Source: Myxococcales bacterium (GTDB lineage: Bacteria; Myxococcota_A; Polyangia; Polyangiales; Polyangiaceae). Taken from it: a stretch of 64,000 nt of DNA. The translations under genes were made by a program, and so were the position numbers. The DNA lies in assembly GCA_016720545.1 (NCBI GenBank), contig JADKKK010000003.1, forward strand, positions 537,516 to 601,515, written 5' to 3'. Below the pieces are notes generated by a model. It made no database searches. It was not told the DNA's origin and saw nothing but the letters and a program-made list of their open reading frames with translations. Of the stretch, positions 45,219-55,809 are shown piece after piece (the first letter of the stretch is position 1; the number at the start of each line of letters is the position of its first letter).

Positions 45219-47189
45219 CTAGGGTTCGACGGGTGCCGCGGGCTTGGGCGCTGGCTCGACAGGCTTGGGCGCCGGCTCGGCGGGCTTGGGCTCGACCGGC
45301 TTGGGCTCGGCGGGCTTGGGCTCGACCGGCTTGGGCTCGACCGGCTTGGGCGCCGCGGTCTCCGCGGGCTTCGGCTCCGCGGGCTTCGGCTCGGCGGGCT
45401 CGGCGGGCTTCGGCTCCGCGGGCTTCGGCTCGACGGGCGCGGCGGGCTTCGGCTCGGCGGGCTTGGGCGCGACAGGCGCGACCGCAGGCTTCGGCGCGAC
45501 AGGCGCCGAAGGTGCGACGACCGGGACGGCCGCGGACGCCGCGGCGCTCGCGGGTGCTGCAGGGGCCGCGTCGACGGCGGGAGCCGCGTCCTCTCCGGTC
45601 GCAGCGCTGGCGCTGGCGGAGGGTGCAGCAGCCGCCGAGGGCGCCTCGGACGGGGCGGCGGACGGCAGGGGCGCGACGCTCGCCGAGGTCGCCGGGGGCG
45701 CCCCGCCGAACAGGTGCGCCTTGTAGGCGAAGATGCCACCGCCGGCGAGGAGCGCGACCGCGACGACGGCCCCGATGAGCGCCCCACCCCCGCGCTTCTT
45801 GGGCTCCGGGAGCGGCATCACCTGCTGGCCCGCGCTGGCCATCGCGAGCTCGGCGACCGGCGGGGGCGCGGGGGTCGAGGCCATCTGCAGGGGCACGACC
45901 TGCGACGCGCGAGGCTCCGCAGGCTCGTACGCGGGCACGGCGGGCGCTGCGCCCGGGAGCGACGCCCGCTCGGCAGGCTCCGCGCCACGGATGGACGCGA
46001 GGAGGTCGTCGGTGCCGCCGAGCGACGGCGCCGGTCCGCTCGGGAGGCCGCCCGCCACCGTGTACAGCGGGTTGGCCTGCACCTCGTCCATGGAGCCGCC
46101 GGCCTCGCGGAGGGCCTCCTCGAGGAGCTCGGCGGCCTGCTTCATCACCGTGGGCTCGGCGCGCTCGAGGGCGTTCTGCGGCTTGCGCGGGCCATCCACC
46201 GGGAACATCGGCTTGGCCGAAACCGGCGGATCGTCTGGGAAGAGCTTCGACCGATCGAGCGGCAGGGTCGATGCGAAGTCGGTGCCCACGATGGGGCGCG
46301 TGGCCTCGAGCTCGCGCAGCTCTGCTTTCTTGGCGGCCTCGGCCGCGGCGAAATCGGGGAGCGCATCGCGGCTCAGCGGCAGGGTGGACGAGAACCCTTG
46401 GGATTCGTCAGGTCCCGCCTTCGGCAGCGCGATCATCGTGGGCGGATCGGGGTCGAACGGCGACGGGTACCCGACGGGCTCGCGCTCACGCGGCTGCTCC
46501 AGGTTGGCGAAGAACTCGTCGTCGGAGGAGCCAGGGGTGTCGGTGCCGAACGTGAGCGCGCCGAAGGGCTGCGTGGGCGCGGCCACGGGGACGGGCATCT
46601 CGGAGGTCTTGTTGAGTTGGGACGCGAGCCCGAGCGGCACTCCAGCCCGACGCCGCGACTCGACCGGTGCCTCGTCGGCCGGTGGAGGCGGAGGCGGCAG
46701 CGGCTCGGCCGCGGGGCTGGGATCCCAGGGGACCGTGCCTTTCAGGGCGGCGCGCGCGGGGGGAGGTGCGGGGGTGACCGCGCGCGGCGGCGGCGCGGAA
46801 GGCTTCGGCAAGGGCGCGGCGGCCGTCGGCTCGGCCGGCGGGGCGGCCAGCGCGGCGGTCACGAGGCGATCGATGGTCTGCCGCGAGACATCGTCGATCT
46901 TGATGAACTTGACGCCCATGCCAGCGGGGCGCTCCGCCGCGGCCTGGGTCGGCTCGCGCTTCCACACGACCCGCCCGACACCCGTGAGGGAGGACGACTC
47001 GCCCGCGACGATGATCTCGAGCTTCAGGAGGGTGCCCGGAGCGAAAGGGGTCTGGGTCTTGACGAACACCCCACCGACGCTGACGTCGAGCGACTGGTTG
47101 TCGATGAACTCGTCGTTGGTCGCGCTCTTGTACCGGACCGTGAGGCCGGGGACGCGCGCGCGCTTGTCCTTACGCGTATCGGAGGTCAT
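45219..47189 (-). CDS. PilZ-domain protein with long Pro/Ala-rich low-complexity region, TM segment and PAEPK-repeat tail
   Basis: N-terminal PilZ signature RKDKRARV...DVSVGGVF. TM segment ALIGAVVAVALLAGGGIFAY. C-terminal (PKPAEPKPVEP)n repeats encoded by 15-bp DNA repeats at 45230-45480. The start is trimmed to the ATG at 47189. Confidence 0.7.
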   Translation of the reverse strand: MTSDTRKDKRARVPGLTVRYKSATNDEFIDNQSLDVSVGGVFVKTQTPFAPGTLLKLEIIVAGESSSLTGVGRVVWKREPTQAAAERPAGMGVKFIKIDDVSRQTIDRLVTAALAAPPAEPTAAAPLPKPSAPPPRAVTPAPPPARAALKGTVPWDPSPAAEPLPPPPPPADEAPVESRRRAGVPLGLASQLNKTSEMPVPVAAPTQPFGALTFGTDTPGSSDDEFFANLEQPREREPVGYPSPFDPDPPTMIALPKAGPDESQGFSSTLPLSRDALPDFAAAEAAKKAELRELEATRPIVGTDFASTLPLDRSKLFPDDPPVSAKPMFPVDGPRKPQNALERAEPTVMKQAAELLEEALREAGGSMDEVQANPLYTVAGGLPSGPAPSLGGTDDLLASIRGAEPAERASLPGAAPAVPAYEPAEPRASQVVPLQMASTPAPPPVAELAMASAGQQVMPLPEPKKRGGGALIGAVVAVALLAGGGIFAYKAHLFGGAPPATSASVAPLPSAAPSEAPSAAAAPSASASAATGEDAAPAVDAAPAAPASAAASAAVPVVAPSAPVAPKPAVAPVAPKPAEPKPAAPVEPKPAEPKPAEPAEPKPAEPKPAETAAPKPVEPKPVEPKPAEPKPVEPKPAEPAPKPVEPAPKPAAPVEP

Positions 47190-47443
47190 GGACGAGGGAT
47201 CTCCAGCCACAGGAGGCGAGGGGGCGAGAAGGGAACCGAGTGGAGCCATGCTACCCGACCTTCGACAAAAAGAGCCAACTCCTGCGCGGGCGAGTTGGCG
47301 ACAGAAGGTGCGACGAGGGGCGCGGGCCCAATCACCGCGGGCACGCGCCCGAACGCACCGAGCCCACACACCTGCGACGGCGAACCAGAACGCCCACCAG
47401 GAAAGGGACCGCGGGGTGCCGACCGTGATAGGCTCGTCGGCGC

Positions 47444-47779
47444 GTGGAGAGGCCGCATCATTTCCGGTCGCAGGCCCGAAAGAAGGTCCGCTACCCGGCG
47501 CAGCTCACCACCGCGCGCGGCGTGGTGCGTGAGTGCATGTTGCTCGATCTCAGCCTGGCCGGAGCGCGCCTCGAGGCCGTCGACGTCCTGCCGCTTGGCG
47601 AGCGCGTGTCGCTGAGCTTCTCGTCGCCCTCGCGGTGGGATCCCATCGTGGTGCCGGCGCGGATCGCGTGGTCGCGGCCGGGCTCACTGGCCCACCTCGG
47701 GCTCACGTTCGAGTTCTCGAGCTCGACCACGGTGTTCGCCCTGTTCGAGACGATCGCGGCGCTCGAATACGGCGCGTAG
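47444..47779 (+). CDS. small PilZ-domain protein
   Basis: 111 aa. RKKVRYPAQL...DLSLAGARL matches the PilZ RxxxR / D-x-S-x-x-G pattern. Divergent from the large PilZ gene. Confidence 0.6.
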   Translation: MERPHHFRSQARKKVRYPAQLTTARGVVRECMLLDLSLAGARLEAVDVLPLGERVSLSFSSPSRWDPIVVPARIAWSRPGSLAHLGLTFEFSSSTTVFALFETIAALEYGA

Positions 47780-47914
47780 GCAACGATCGGGGTTGACCGG
47801 CCGAGGCGGCCCTCGACCCGCGGACACCCGAACGCCCGATGTGGACAATGGCCACATCGGGCGCTCGGCCCCCTCGGTTGCGCGCTTCCCCGGCGGAGAC
47901 CGCGGGGCCGGGTG

Positions 47915-49759
47915 TCAGTCGGCGCCGGGCTTCGCCTTCGAGTACATCGCCTCGACGAGCTCGGCGTATTTGGTGACGACGACCTTGCGCTTCACCTTGA
48001 GGCTCGCGGTGAGCTCTCCGCCCTCGACGGTCATGGGCGTGGGCACCACCTCGAAGTACTTGATGCTCTCGAACGAGGCGAGCGTGCCGTTCACCTCGAC
48101 GATGTGCGCCTGGAGCACCTCGCGGATGCGCGGGTGGTTGGGCTCGGGCTCGATGCCCTCGTTCTTGGCCCAGTCGGTGAGGTTCTCGGTGTCGAGCGAG
48201 AAGAGCGCGACACAGAAGTTCCGGTTGTCGCCGATGACGACGGCCTCCTGCACGAACGGCGGCGCCTTGAGGCGCGCCTCGATCTTGACCGGGGCGATGT
48301 ACTTGCCACCGCTCGTCTTGAGGAGCTCCTTCTTGCGGCCCGTGATGGAGAGGAAGCCCTCGGAGTCGAGCGAGCCGAGATCGCCCGTGTGGAACCAGCC
48401 GTCGGCGTCGAACGCCTCGCCGGTCGCGTCGGGGCGGTTCAGATACCCCGAGGTGATGTTCGGTCCCTTCGCGAGGATCTCGCCGTCCTCGGCGATCTTG
48501 AGCGTGACGTTCTTGAACGCCTGCCCCACCGTGCCGATCTTCATCTTGCCGGGCCGGTTCGTGGTCAGTCCGGGGCAGGTCTCGGTGAGGCCGTAGGCCT
48601 CGACGAGCGACAAGCCGAGCGCGAGGAAGAACTCGTGGACGTCGGCGCGGAGCGGCGCCGACCCCGAGAGCAAGATCTCGGCGCGGTCGAAGCCGAGGCG
48701 GGCGCGGAGCTTCGAGAACACGAGCTTGTCGGCGATGGCGTGGCGGATCTCCAGCCACGGCGGGAGGGGCTTGCCCTGCGTGACGTAGGGCACGGTCTCC
48801 TTGCCGACGCCCAACGCCCAGTGGAAGATTTTCTGACGGAGGGGAGGAGCCGACGCCACCCCCGCCTCGATCTTGCCCTTCACCTTCTCGTACACGCGCG
48901 GCGCGCCTGGGAAGAAGCCCGGGCGAGCGGTCGCGAGATCGGCCGCGAGCGTGGGCACCGACGAGATGACCAGGGGCGCCTGGAAGAACGGGCCCGCGAG
49001 CTCGATGAGGCGGCCAAACGAGTGGGCGAGCGGGAGAAACAGGAAGAGCCCGCCGTCGCGGGTCTTCGGCCCGAAGATACCCACCGCGTCTGCGCTCTCC
49101 AGCATGGAGAGCATGTTGTCGTGCGTCTGCACGACGGCCTTGGGCGGGCCGGTGGTGCCCGAGGTGTACGTGTAGGTGGCGATGTCCTCGCGCTTGACCT
49201 TGTCGATGCGGCGCTTCATCTCGCCGCGCAGCTCCGTGACCTTGGCCTTGCCGCGCGCCTCGAGGTCGGCCAGGCTCTCCCAGTCGTCGGCCGGCTCGAG
49301 CCCGGTGGGATCGACCACGATGATCTTGCCGCGGAGCTTCATGTCGGCGGGGGTGTAGTCCTTGTCGAAGAAGCGGAAGCCGTCGCGCATGGCCCGGACC
49401 TTGGCGACCTGGCCCTTGTTCTCCGCGATGACGAGCACCACGCCGGGATCGGCGTGCATGAAGCCGACCTCCTCGGGGAGCAGGCTGGCGTACACGGGCA
49501 CGGTCTGGAGGCCGACCGACATGGCCGCGGCGTCGAGGATGACCCAGTCCATCGACGTGTTGCCGATGATGCTCACCGCCGCGCCGTCGGCGAGCTCGGT
49601 GGCCGACAGGAGCCCGGCCGCGATGTGCTCGATGCGCGGGAGCACGTCGCGCCACGGGATGTCGACCCATTCGTCGCCGCGGCGAACGCGGAACGCCGGC
49701 GCGGCGGGATCCTTCTTGGCGCGGTCCAGGATCATTCCTGCGATGTGGACGTCGGGCAT
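47915..49759 (-). CDS. long-chain fatty acid-CoA ligase (AMP-dependent synthetase)
   Basis: AMP-binding motif YTSGTTGPPKAV. Full-length FadD/ACSL-like architecture. Confidence 0.85.
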   Translation of the reverse strand: MPDVHIAGMILDRAKKDPAAPAFRVRRGDEWVDIPWRDVLPRIEHIAAGLLSATELADGAAVSIIGNTSMDWVILDAAAMSVGLQTVPVYASLLPEEVGFMHADPGVVLVIAENKGQVAKVRAMRDGFRFFDKDYTPADMKLRGKIIVVDPTGLEPADDWESLADLEARGKAKVTELRGEMKRRIDKVKREDIATYTYTSGTTGPPKAVVQTHDNMLSMLESADAVGIFGPKTRDGGLFLFLPLAHSFGRLIELAGPFFQAPLVISSVPTLAADLATARPGFFPGAPRVYEKVKGKIEAGVASAPPLRQKIFHWALGVGKETVPYVTQGKPLPPWLEIRHAIADKLVFSKLRARLGFDRAEILLSGSAPLRADVHEFFLALGLSLVEAYGLTETCPGLTTNRPGKMKIGTVGQAFKNVTLKIAEDGEILAKGPNITSGYLNRPDATGEAFDADGWFHTGDLGSLDSEGFLSITGRKKELLKTSGGKYIAPVKIEARLKAPPFVQEAVVIGDNRNFCVALFSLDTENLTDWAKNEGIEPEPNHPRIREVLQAHIVEVNGTLASFESIKYFEVVPTPMTVEGGELTASLKVKRKVVVTKYAELVEAMYSKAKPGAD

Positions 49760-49943
49760 GGTCTCTCCTGAAGCAGAACGGGGCGAGAGCTCGCCGGGGA
49801 GCGTCGAAGGCCCCCCGCGCAGCGCGATACGCTACCTCAAACGCGCCCGCGGGTGGGGCGGCTTCTCGGGCGTCCGCGACGACTCCTCGGCCGCCTCGGA
49901 CGCGGCCACTGCGCCGGCCGCGCCGTCAGGGTACGATGACACC

Positions 49944-50810
49944 ATGCGACGCCGCGAGAGGCTCACGTGGACTGCGCGCTCCGTCGCTCCCCTCGCGATC
50001 GGGCTCGTCGCCTGCGCCAGCGCGGCGGCAGATCCGCCCGTGGGGCCGGGGCCGGCCGCCGCCGACGCGGGCGCGGCCCTCGTCGACGCTGGCGAGGTCC
50101 CGGGCTCTGAGCCGGGCGCGATGGACGCGGCGGTCGACGCGGCGGTCGACGCGGCGGTCGACGCGCGGGCCGGCTGCGGCCCCTTCGCGAGCGCGCGGGA
50201 CCGCTTCGTTTGCGCGGGTAACGGGACCAGCCGCGGGAAGTGCCCCGACGGCGTCTCTCGCCAGGAGGAGGCGTGCCCGCGCGGCTGCCTGCGGGCACCC
50301 TCGGGAAAAGATGCAGTTTGCATGGGAACGACCACGACCTGGTCGTGCACGGGGTCGGCGGCGACGGAGAAGGCGCAGAGCGGGGACTACATCGTCACGG
50401 CGTTCGGCTGCTGGGTCGACGCGGCCGGCGGCAAGCACGGCGACGCGGGTGACAACTGCGTGCCGAGCTGCCTCGGCGACCTCCGGCGCCTCGGGCTCTG
50501 CGCGGCGACGGACGCCGGCCGAACCTGCGAGGAGAAGCTCACCTGGTTCGTGGCCGACGCTGGCCGCTTCGGCTGCGGGGCGCGCGTGCGAGTAGAGAAC
50601 CCAGCGAACGGCAAGGCCGTCGTCGCCGTGTCGATCGACCTCGGGCCGGCCTGCAGCGTCGAGCGCGTGGCGCAGGGGGCGGTGCTCGACGCGAGCGGTC
50701 GCGTGAGCCGCGAGCTCTTCGGCAGCGATCGCGGGGTCGTCGATCGGTCGCTCGTGCACGTGATCGAGGTCGACGCGTCCACGCCGCTGGGCCCCGCGGG
50801 CCCTCGCTGA
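49944..50810 (+). CDS. Cys-rich lipoprotein with RlpA-like double-psi beta-barrel (DPBB)-like C-terminus
   Basis: Signal MRRRERLTWTARSVAPLAIGLVACASAAA. The C-terminus FGCGARVRVENPANGKAVVAVSIDLGP...VHVIEV resembles the RlpA/expansin-like DPBB fold. The coordinate follows the track's frame; the printed line 49921 appears one nt short. Confidence 0.45.
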   Translation: MRRRERLTWTARSVAPLAIGLVACASAAADPPVGPGPAAADAGAALVDAGEVPGSEPGAMDAAVDAAVDAAVDARAGCGPFASARDRFVCAGNGTSRGKCPDGVSRQEEACPRGCLRAPSGKDAVCMGTTTTWSCTGSAATEKAQSGDYIVTAFGCWVDAAGGKHGDAGDNCVPSCLGDLRRLGLCAATDAGRTCEEKLTWFVADAGRFGCGARVRVENPANGKAVVAVSIDLGPACSVERVAQGAVLDASGRVSRELFGSDRGVVDRSLVHVIEVDASTPLGPAGPR

Positions 50811-50822
50811 TCCGGCTCGCCC

Positions 50823-52292
50823 TCAGCGCGCAGGCGGCGCAGGCGGCGCAGGCGGCGCCGTGCTGTCCTTGGGGCCTCTTCGGCGCTCCGCGGCCTCGGC
50901 CGCGACGTCGTCCGGCAAGAACGAGTAGTTCGACCCGATGACGCCCACGAGGTTCCAGCGCGTCAGACGGGAGACCCCCTCCGGCTGCGCGCCGAGGTTG
51001 CTGAGCGAGAGCTCGCCCGTGAGCACCTTCGTGTCGGCCTGGCCGTACGAGAAGCTCGCGCCAAACGAGCCGCGGGTCTGGACGCCAATCAAGCTGAGCG
51101 CCGCGCTCAGCCCGAACATGTGGACGCGATCCTGCTCGCCCTGCGCCGGCACCGACGAGATGTCGGTGAAGGCCCCGACATCGATCGCGACCGAGCGGGT
51201 CACCCGCACCTCCGCGCCCAGGTTCAGGTTGGGCTGGAGCACGCGCTCGAGCTTCGACTCCTCGCCGGCGCCGGGGGTGACGCCGTCGATGGGCACGGCG
51301 GCGAGGTCGTACGCGGTGCGCACCGTGTGGGGGAGGTTCACGGAGGCGTCGGCGCTCAGCGTGGTGCTCTCCGTGGTGTAGGCGACGCCGACCGCGAAGC
51401 GCATCGGGAAGCTGGCGGCGCTCTTTCCGGTGAAGCGCGTGGGGATGGCGTCCGCGAGCGGCTGCCCGGTGGTCCGGTCGATGCCGGCGAGGGTGAGGTT
51501 CGAGCTGCTCGTGTAGCTGCCGAACACGTCGAGCGTGGGGGTGACCAACGCGAGCCCCAGCGACAGCGCGCGCGTGGGCGTCCAGCGCGCGCCCGCCTTC
51601 GCGCGGAGGCCCACGGCGAGGACGTCGCTCTGCAGATCGGCGGCGATGAACTCGGTGCCTCCACCGGCGTTCGGGCGGGTGACGAGGAGCGTGTTCGCGC
51701 CGCTCATCACACGCATCATTCCGCCGAGCGACACCCCGAGGCCGAGGGATGGGGTGATCTGGTAGGCATACCCGACGTCGCCCGCCAGGACGTCGTCGCG
51801 CCAGGTGCCCGAGAGGAAGTTCCGCGTGTTGCTCGAGGGCGCCGTCTTCAGGGCGATCGAGTACGGGATCGACACTGCGAAGCCTAGCGCCTGGCGGCCG
51901 GCGCCCGACGCCTCGCCGTCCGCGAGCACGTACACGCCGCCGACCATGCTGGGGATCGAGTGGTACGTGGTCGCGGAGAGGTTCTGCCCATCGCCGAGCG
52001 CCCTAGGCACCGACAGGCTCTGGATCATGTACGCGTTCGCGACGAGCTCCAGGTGCGAGTGTCGTGCGCAGACGAGCCCGGCGGGGTTGTAGTGCAGCGC
52101 GCCCTCGTCGCAGGCGAGGGCCGTGTAGGCCCCGCCCATTCCAGCGGCGCGACTCCCGATCAAATAGAGCTGATGATTGTCGTAGACAGTAGGCTCTGCG
52201 ACGGCGCCGGCTCGCGCGGCGTACGCGAAGGCCACCAGCCACGCGGCGGCGGCGAGCAGCGTCGAGGCGCGGAGCCTTCCCCCAAGGACCAT
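50823..52292 (-). CDS. outer-membrane beta-barrel-like protein, hypothetical
   Basis: Signal MVLGGRLRASTLLAAAAWLVAFAYAARAGA. Alternating amphipathic beta-strand-like composition rich in Gly/Tyr/Thr/Ser. The track ORF 50823-53891 has a ~530-aa artefactual extension; the ATG is at 52292. Confidence 0.55.
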   Translation of the reverse strand: MVLGGRLRASTLLAAAAWLVAFAYAARAGAVAEPTVYDNHQLYLIGSRAAGMGGAYTALACDEGALHYNPAGLVCARHSHLELVANAYMIQSLSVPRALGDGQNLSATTYHSIPSMVGGVYVLADGEASGAGRQALGFAVSIPYSIALKTAPSSNTRNFLSGTWRDDVLAGDVGYAYQITPSLGLGVSLGGMMRVMSGANTLLVTRPNAGGGTEFIAADLQSDVLAVGLRAKAGARWTPTRALSLGLALVTPTLDVFGSYTSSSNLTLAGIDRTTGQPLADAIPTRFTGKSAASFPMRFAVGVAYTTESTTLSADASVNLPHTVRTAYDLAAVPIDGVTPGAGEESKLERVLQPNLNLGAEVRVTRSVAIDVGAFTDISSVPAQGEQDRVHMFGLSAALSLIGVQTRGSFGASFSYGQADTKVLTGELSLSNLGAQPEGVSRLTRWNLVGVIGSNYSFLPDDVAAEAAERRRGPKDSTAPPAPPAPPAR

Positions 52293-52411
52293 GCGCGGAG
52301 TGTAGCCGCCCCTCGGGGCGACGGGAACCCACCGCGGCCGCGGCGCCTCCCGGTCTTCGGCGAGGTTGTCATGGCTCGTCACGGAGACCGCGCGCCCAGC
52401 ACCCAGCGCCT

Positions 52412-53815
52412 TCAGTACCAGAGGCCCCAGGTCCAGTTCCAATCGTAGTAGTCGCGGGCCACGTCGAGGTTCACGCCCAGGCGAAACGGCACGGCCGAGT
52501 CCCACAGATGGAACACGTGGGACTCGAACACGTGGGCCTCGAGCCCCACTGTGGTGTGGAGTCGCGGGGACGACTGCGCGAAGCGCGTCGGCTCGAGGTA
52601 GGCGCCCGCGCGAAGCCAGAGCCAGTTCGGTAGGGCCTCGGTCTCGACGCCGAGGCGAGGCGTGAACGACGCGTGCCGCCCCGACCGATCGACCCGCTGC
52701 GCGAGGAACGACTCCATGCCCACCGCGTTGACCGTGGGACCGGTGATCATGAAAGAGGTCGTGAGGAGGAGCTTGGGGCGCGGGAAGCGCACGCGTCGCT
52801 GCTGCTCGTACCGGTTGATGAGCACCTGGCGCGTGTCGTCGGGCGACGTGCGAAAGCGCTCGAGCTCGGCCCGGGGGATGGTGCGCGGATCGAGCCAGCG
52901 AACGTTGAGCGGCCGCTCGCCGAGCTGCACGGCGACCCCCCACTCGAGCTCCCATGGGCGCTCGATGGCCCGCGGCAGGTACATGGCGCCTACGCGCAGA
53001 TCGCCCGCGGCGTCGGGCTCGATGTCGCTGCTCGTGGCCTTGCCGACGACGGGCGCGCGGGCGGCCGCCCCGACGCGGAGCTGGTGTGCCCTCGGCGCCC
53101 ACAAAAAGCCAAGCTCGGGGGCGAGGCCCGCCATGGTGAGGAGCCCCTCCGTGCCCGGCACGGCGGTAAGCTCGGACTGGCCAGAGTCGCGGAGCGTGAG
53201 CAGCGCGCCCCGCAGACCGAACCCTAGGTGCACCTCGTCGTCGAGGCTGTAGCCCGCCATCAAGTGAAGGGAGGCGAGGCGCACCGAGGCGCTCTTGATG
53301 ACGGGCGCGCCCCCAATGCGACCGAGCTCGTACTGCTGGACGTCGAGCGCGACCCCGATGCCGAGCGGGCCCTCTTGCACGTAGCCGCTCGTGGAGAGGA
53401 AGACGAAGTCGTTGTAGGCGAAGCCCTTGGTGCCGTTGTTGTCGAAGTCGGTCGTGCCGAGTTGGCTTGGGAAGCGCCACTCGATGCCGGCGTTCCAGTC
53501 GGTCACGGAGTGCGACGAGGGGTAGCGCACGGCCGGCGTCGCGGGGTTCGCGGTCATGATGTCCGCACCCGCCGCCAGCGCGACGACCGAGCCGCCGACC
53601 GCGGTGACGCGGGACGAGCCGATGAGCGGCCCCTGGAACAGGTCGATCGTGTAGCTGCTCGTCGTGATGGGCGAGCCCTGCGCGCCGAGCGGGCCGCCCG
53701 CGTGCGCAGGCGAGCCCACGAGCACCAGCAGCACCGCCAGCGCGAGCGCGGGCACGAGGCCGGACACGATGCGTGGTAGCGACCAGGTTCGCACGGCGAG
53801 CGCGGAAGATAGCAA
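52412..53815 (-). CDS. secreted/outer-membrane hypothetical protein (paralogue of 54088-55548)
   Basis: Signal VPALALAVLLVLVGSPAHA. Ends in aromatic GLWY. Shares blocks GPLG.QG.P..TS.YT.DLFQGPL..S.RVT, RGFAY.NF.F, LNV.WLD and PRLGVETEA with the downstream paralogue. Confidence 0.55.
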   Translation of the reverse strand: MLSSALAVRTWSLPRIVSGLVPALALAVLLVLVGSPAHAGGPLGAQGSPITTSSYTIDLFQGPLIGSSRVTAVGGSVVALAAGADIMTANPATPAVRYPSSHSVTDWNAGIEWRFPSQLGTTDFDNNGTKGFAYNDFVFLSTSGYVQEGPLGIGVALDVQQYELGRIGGAPVIKSASVRLASLHLMAGYSLDDEVHLGFGLRGALLTLRDSGQSELTAVPGTEGLLTMAGLAPELGFLWAPRAHQLRVGAAARAPVVGKATSSDIEPDAAGDLRVGAMYLPRAIERPWELEWGVAVQLGERPLNVRWLDPRTIPRAELERFRTSPDDTRQVLINRYEQQRRVRFPRPKLLLTTSFMITGPTVNAVGMESFLAQRVDRSGRHASFTPRLGVETEALPNWLWLRAGAYLEPTRFAQSSPRLHTTVGLEAHVFESHVFHLWDSAVPFRLGVNLDVARDYYDWNWTWGLWY

Positions 53816-54087
53816 GCTTCAGTGTCCGGCGGGGCGGTACGCGGCGGCCGAGGTCCGCGGCCGCTCGGCGCGGCGAGCGCCCGGGCGCCACGGCTTGGGT
53901 TGGTTAGCACACCTGCGAGACTTCATTCTCGCAGTGGTGGTAGTTGGCCGCGGGAGCGGACAAGCCGGAGGGTGAATCGGCCAGCTTTGTGGCCGAGAGG
54001 GGCGCCGCGCCCCCTACGGGACAGGGCTAGCACTACTGCCGTTCGCGCAGCGAACTGCGTAGCGAGAGGGAACCTCTCGCAGTACTG

Positions 54088-55548
54088 CTAGTTCCAAATG
54101 CCCGCGGTCACGCTCCAGCCGAAGTACTCACGAGCGAAGTCGAGCGAGCCGCCGATGCGAAACGGCAGCGGGTCCTCGTAGAGGCCGAACACGTCGGAAG
54201 AGAAGGTCTTCAGGTCCATGCCGACGGTGCCGTGGAGTCGGCGCGCGCCGCCGCGAAATCGCGTGGGCTCGGAGTAGGTGCCGGCGCGAAACATCATGCG
54301 GTTTGGCCACGCCTCGGTCTCGACGCCCAGGCGCGGCGTGAGCGAGACCCGCTCGCCCGAGCGATCGATCTGCCCGGCGAGGAACGACTCGAGCCCTACG
54401 GCGTTCGCGACGGGGCCGGTCGCGGTGAACGAGATCGAGAGCAGGAGCTTCTCGCGCGGCAGCCGCTCGTAGGCGCGCCGCCCCATGCGCGAGACCACCG
54501 CGGAGCGCGGCTCGTCCGGGGTCTTTCGGTGCGACTCGACCACCTCGTGCTGCACCGCCGTCGAGTCGAGCCACTTCACGTTGAGCGGGCGCGGCCCGAG
54601 CTGCACCGCCACGCCCCACTCGATCTGCCAGGGCACCTCGACGCGGTCGGGGAGGTAGAGCTTGCCGAGCCGGCGATCGCCGGAGGCGTCGACCACGGTC
54701 GTGTCTCCGGGGATGAGCTGCCCGGCGACCGGCGCGCGCAGCGAGAGGCCCATGCGGAGCGGGAGCCGCAGCGGCGCCCACAGCGCGCCCACCTCGGGGC
54801 CGACGCCGGCCATGGTGAGCACGCCGCGCAGGTCGGTGATGCTCGAGAAGCCGATGCCCGAGAGCGCCGCGTCGCGGAGGGTGAACAGCACGCCGCGCAG
54901 GCCGCCGCCGATCGTGAGCTCGTCGCCCACGGCCGTGGCCGCGAGGAGCCGGGCCTGCACGAGGCGAAACGCCACGCTGGAGACGCCCTCCGCGCCGGTC
55001 GTCGCGCCGAGGTCGTACTGCTGCACATCGACCGTGGCGCCGAGCCCGAACGGCCCCTGCTGGACCTGCCCCGCCATCGTCACGAAGAAGAAGTTGTCGT
55101 AGGCGAAGCCGCGCTTGCCGTTGTTGTCGTAGTCGAGGTCGCGGATCCCGCCCGGGAGCGTGAGGCCCGCGCTGATGTCGAACTCGGTCACCGAGCGCGA
55201 CGACGCCGTGCGCACCGCGGGCGAGGCCGCGTTGAACGCGTGCATGTCGATGCCCTCCGCGAGCGGCGCGACGGCGCCGGCGAGGCCCGTGACGCGGTTC
55301 GACGCGGCGAGCGGCCCCTGGAACAGATCGACCGTGTAGCGGCTGGTGTCGAGCGGCGCGCCCTGCCGGCCGAGCGGCCCGGCGGCCTCCGCGGGGGTCA
55401 CCGCGAGCGTGACCAGCAGGGCGAACGCCTGGGAGGCCCACGTGCGCAGGCGCCCCCGCGCCCCACCTCGCGACCGGTGCGGGTCACCCCTTCCGATCCT
55501 CGCGCAGGGCACGCGCGAGTGCGCGCGGGCGGATCGGAGGCCTTCCAC
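54088..55548 (-). CDS. secreted/outer-membrane hypothetical protein (paralogue of 52412-53815)
   Basis: Signal ASQAFALLVTLAVTPAEA. The true start is probably internal to the track ORF. Ends in GIWN. The paralogy blocks are listed under the previous feature. Confidence 0.55.
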   Translation of the reverse strand: MEGLRSARAHSRVPCARIGRGDPHRSRGGARGRLRTWASQAFALLVTLAVTPAEAAGPLGRQGAPLDTSRYTVDLFQGPLAASNRVTGLAGAVAPLAEGIDMHAFNAASPAVRTASSRSVTEFDISAGLTLPGGIRDLDYDNNGKRGFAYDNFFFVTMAGQVQQGPFGLGATVDVQQYDLGATTGAEGVSSVAFRLVQARLLAATAVGDELTIGGGLRGVLFTLRDAALSGIGFSSITDLRGVLTMAGVGPEVGALWAPLRLPLRMGLSLRAPVAGQLIPGDTTVVDASGDRRLGKLYLPDRVEVPWQIEWGVAVQLGPRPLNVKWLDSTAVQHEVVESHRKTPDEPRSAVVSRMGRRAYERLPREKLLLSISFTATGPVANAVGLESFLAGQIDRSGERVSLTPRLGVETEAWPNRMMFRAGTYSEPTRFRGGARRLHGTVGMDLKTFSSDVFGLYEDPLPFRIGGSLDFAREYFGWSVTAGIWN

Positions 55549-55809
55549 GAGACCCCAGCGATAGCACGGAGCGGGCGCTCAGGTGGCGCGGTTGTCTCTT
55601 GCGGCGCCCCAGGTGCGGAGCTAGAAGCAACGCGCGCGCACGGTTGGGTCGTTAGCGAACTGACTGCGCCCGCGAGGCCCACGGCCAGCGGCTTCGAAGA
55701 CTCGAATCGTTTCCGCAAGTTACAGCACGCGACAGTTCTAGCACGAAGTTTGCACGTTGCGGGCCGCCGGCCGCGAGCGCGCCAGGGCACCACAGGGAAG
55801 CGGGAAGCG

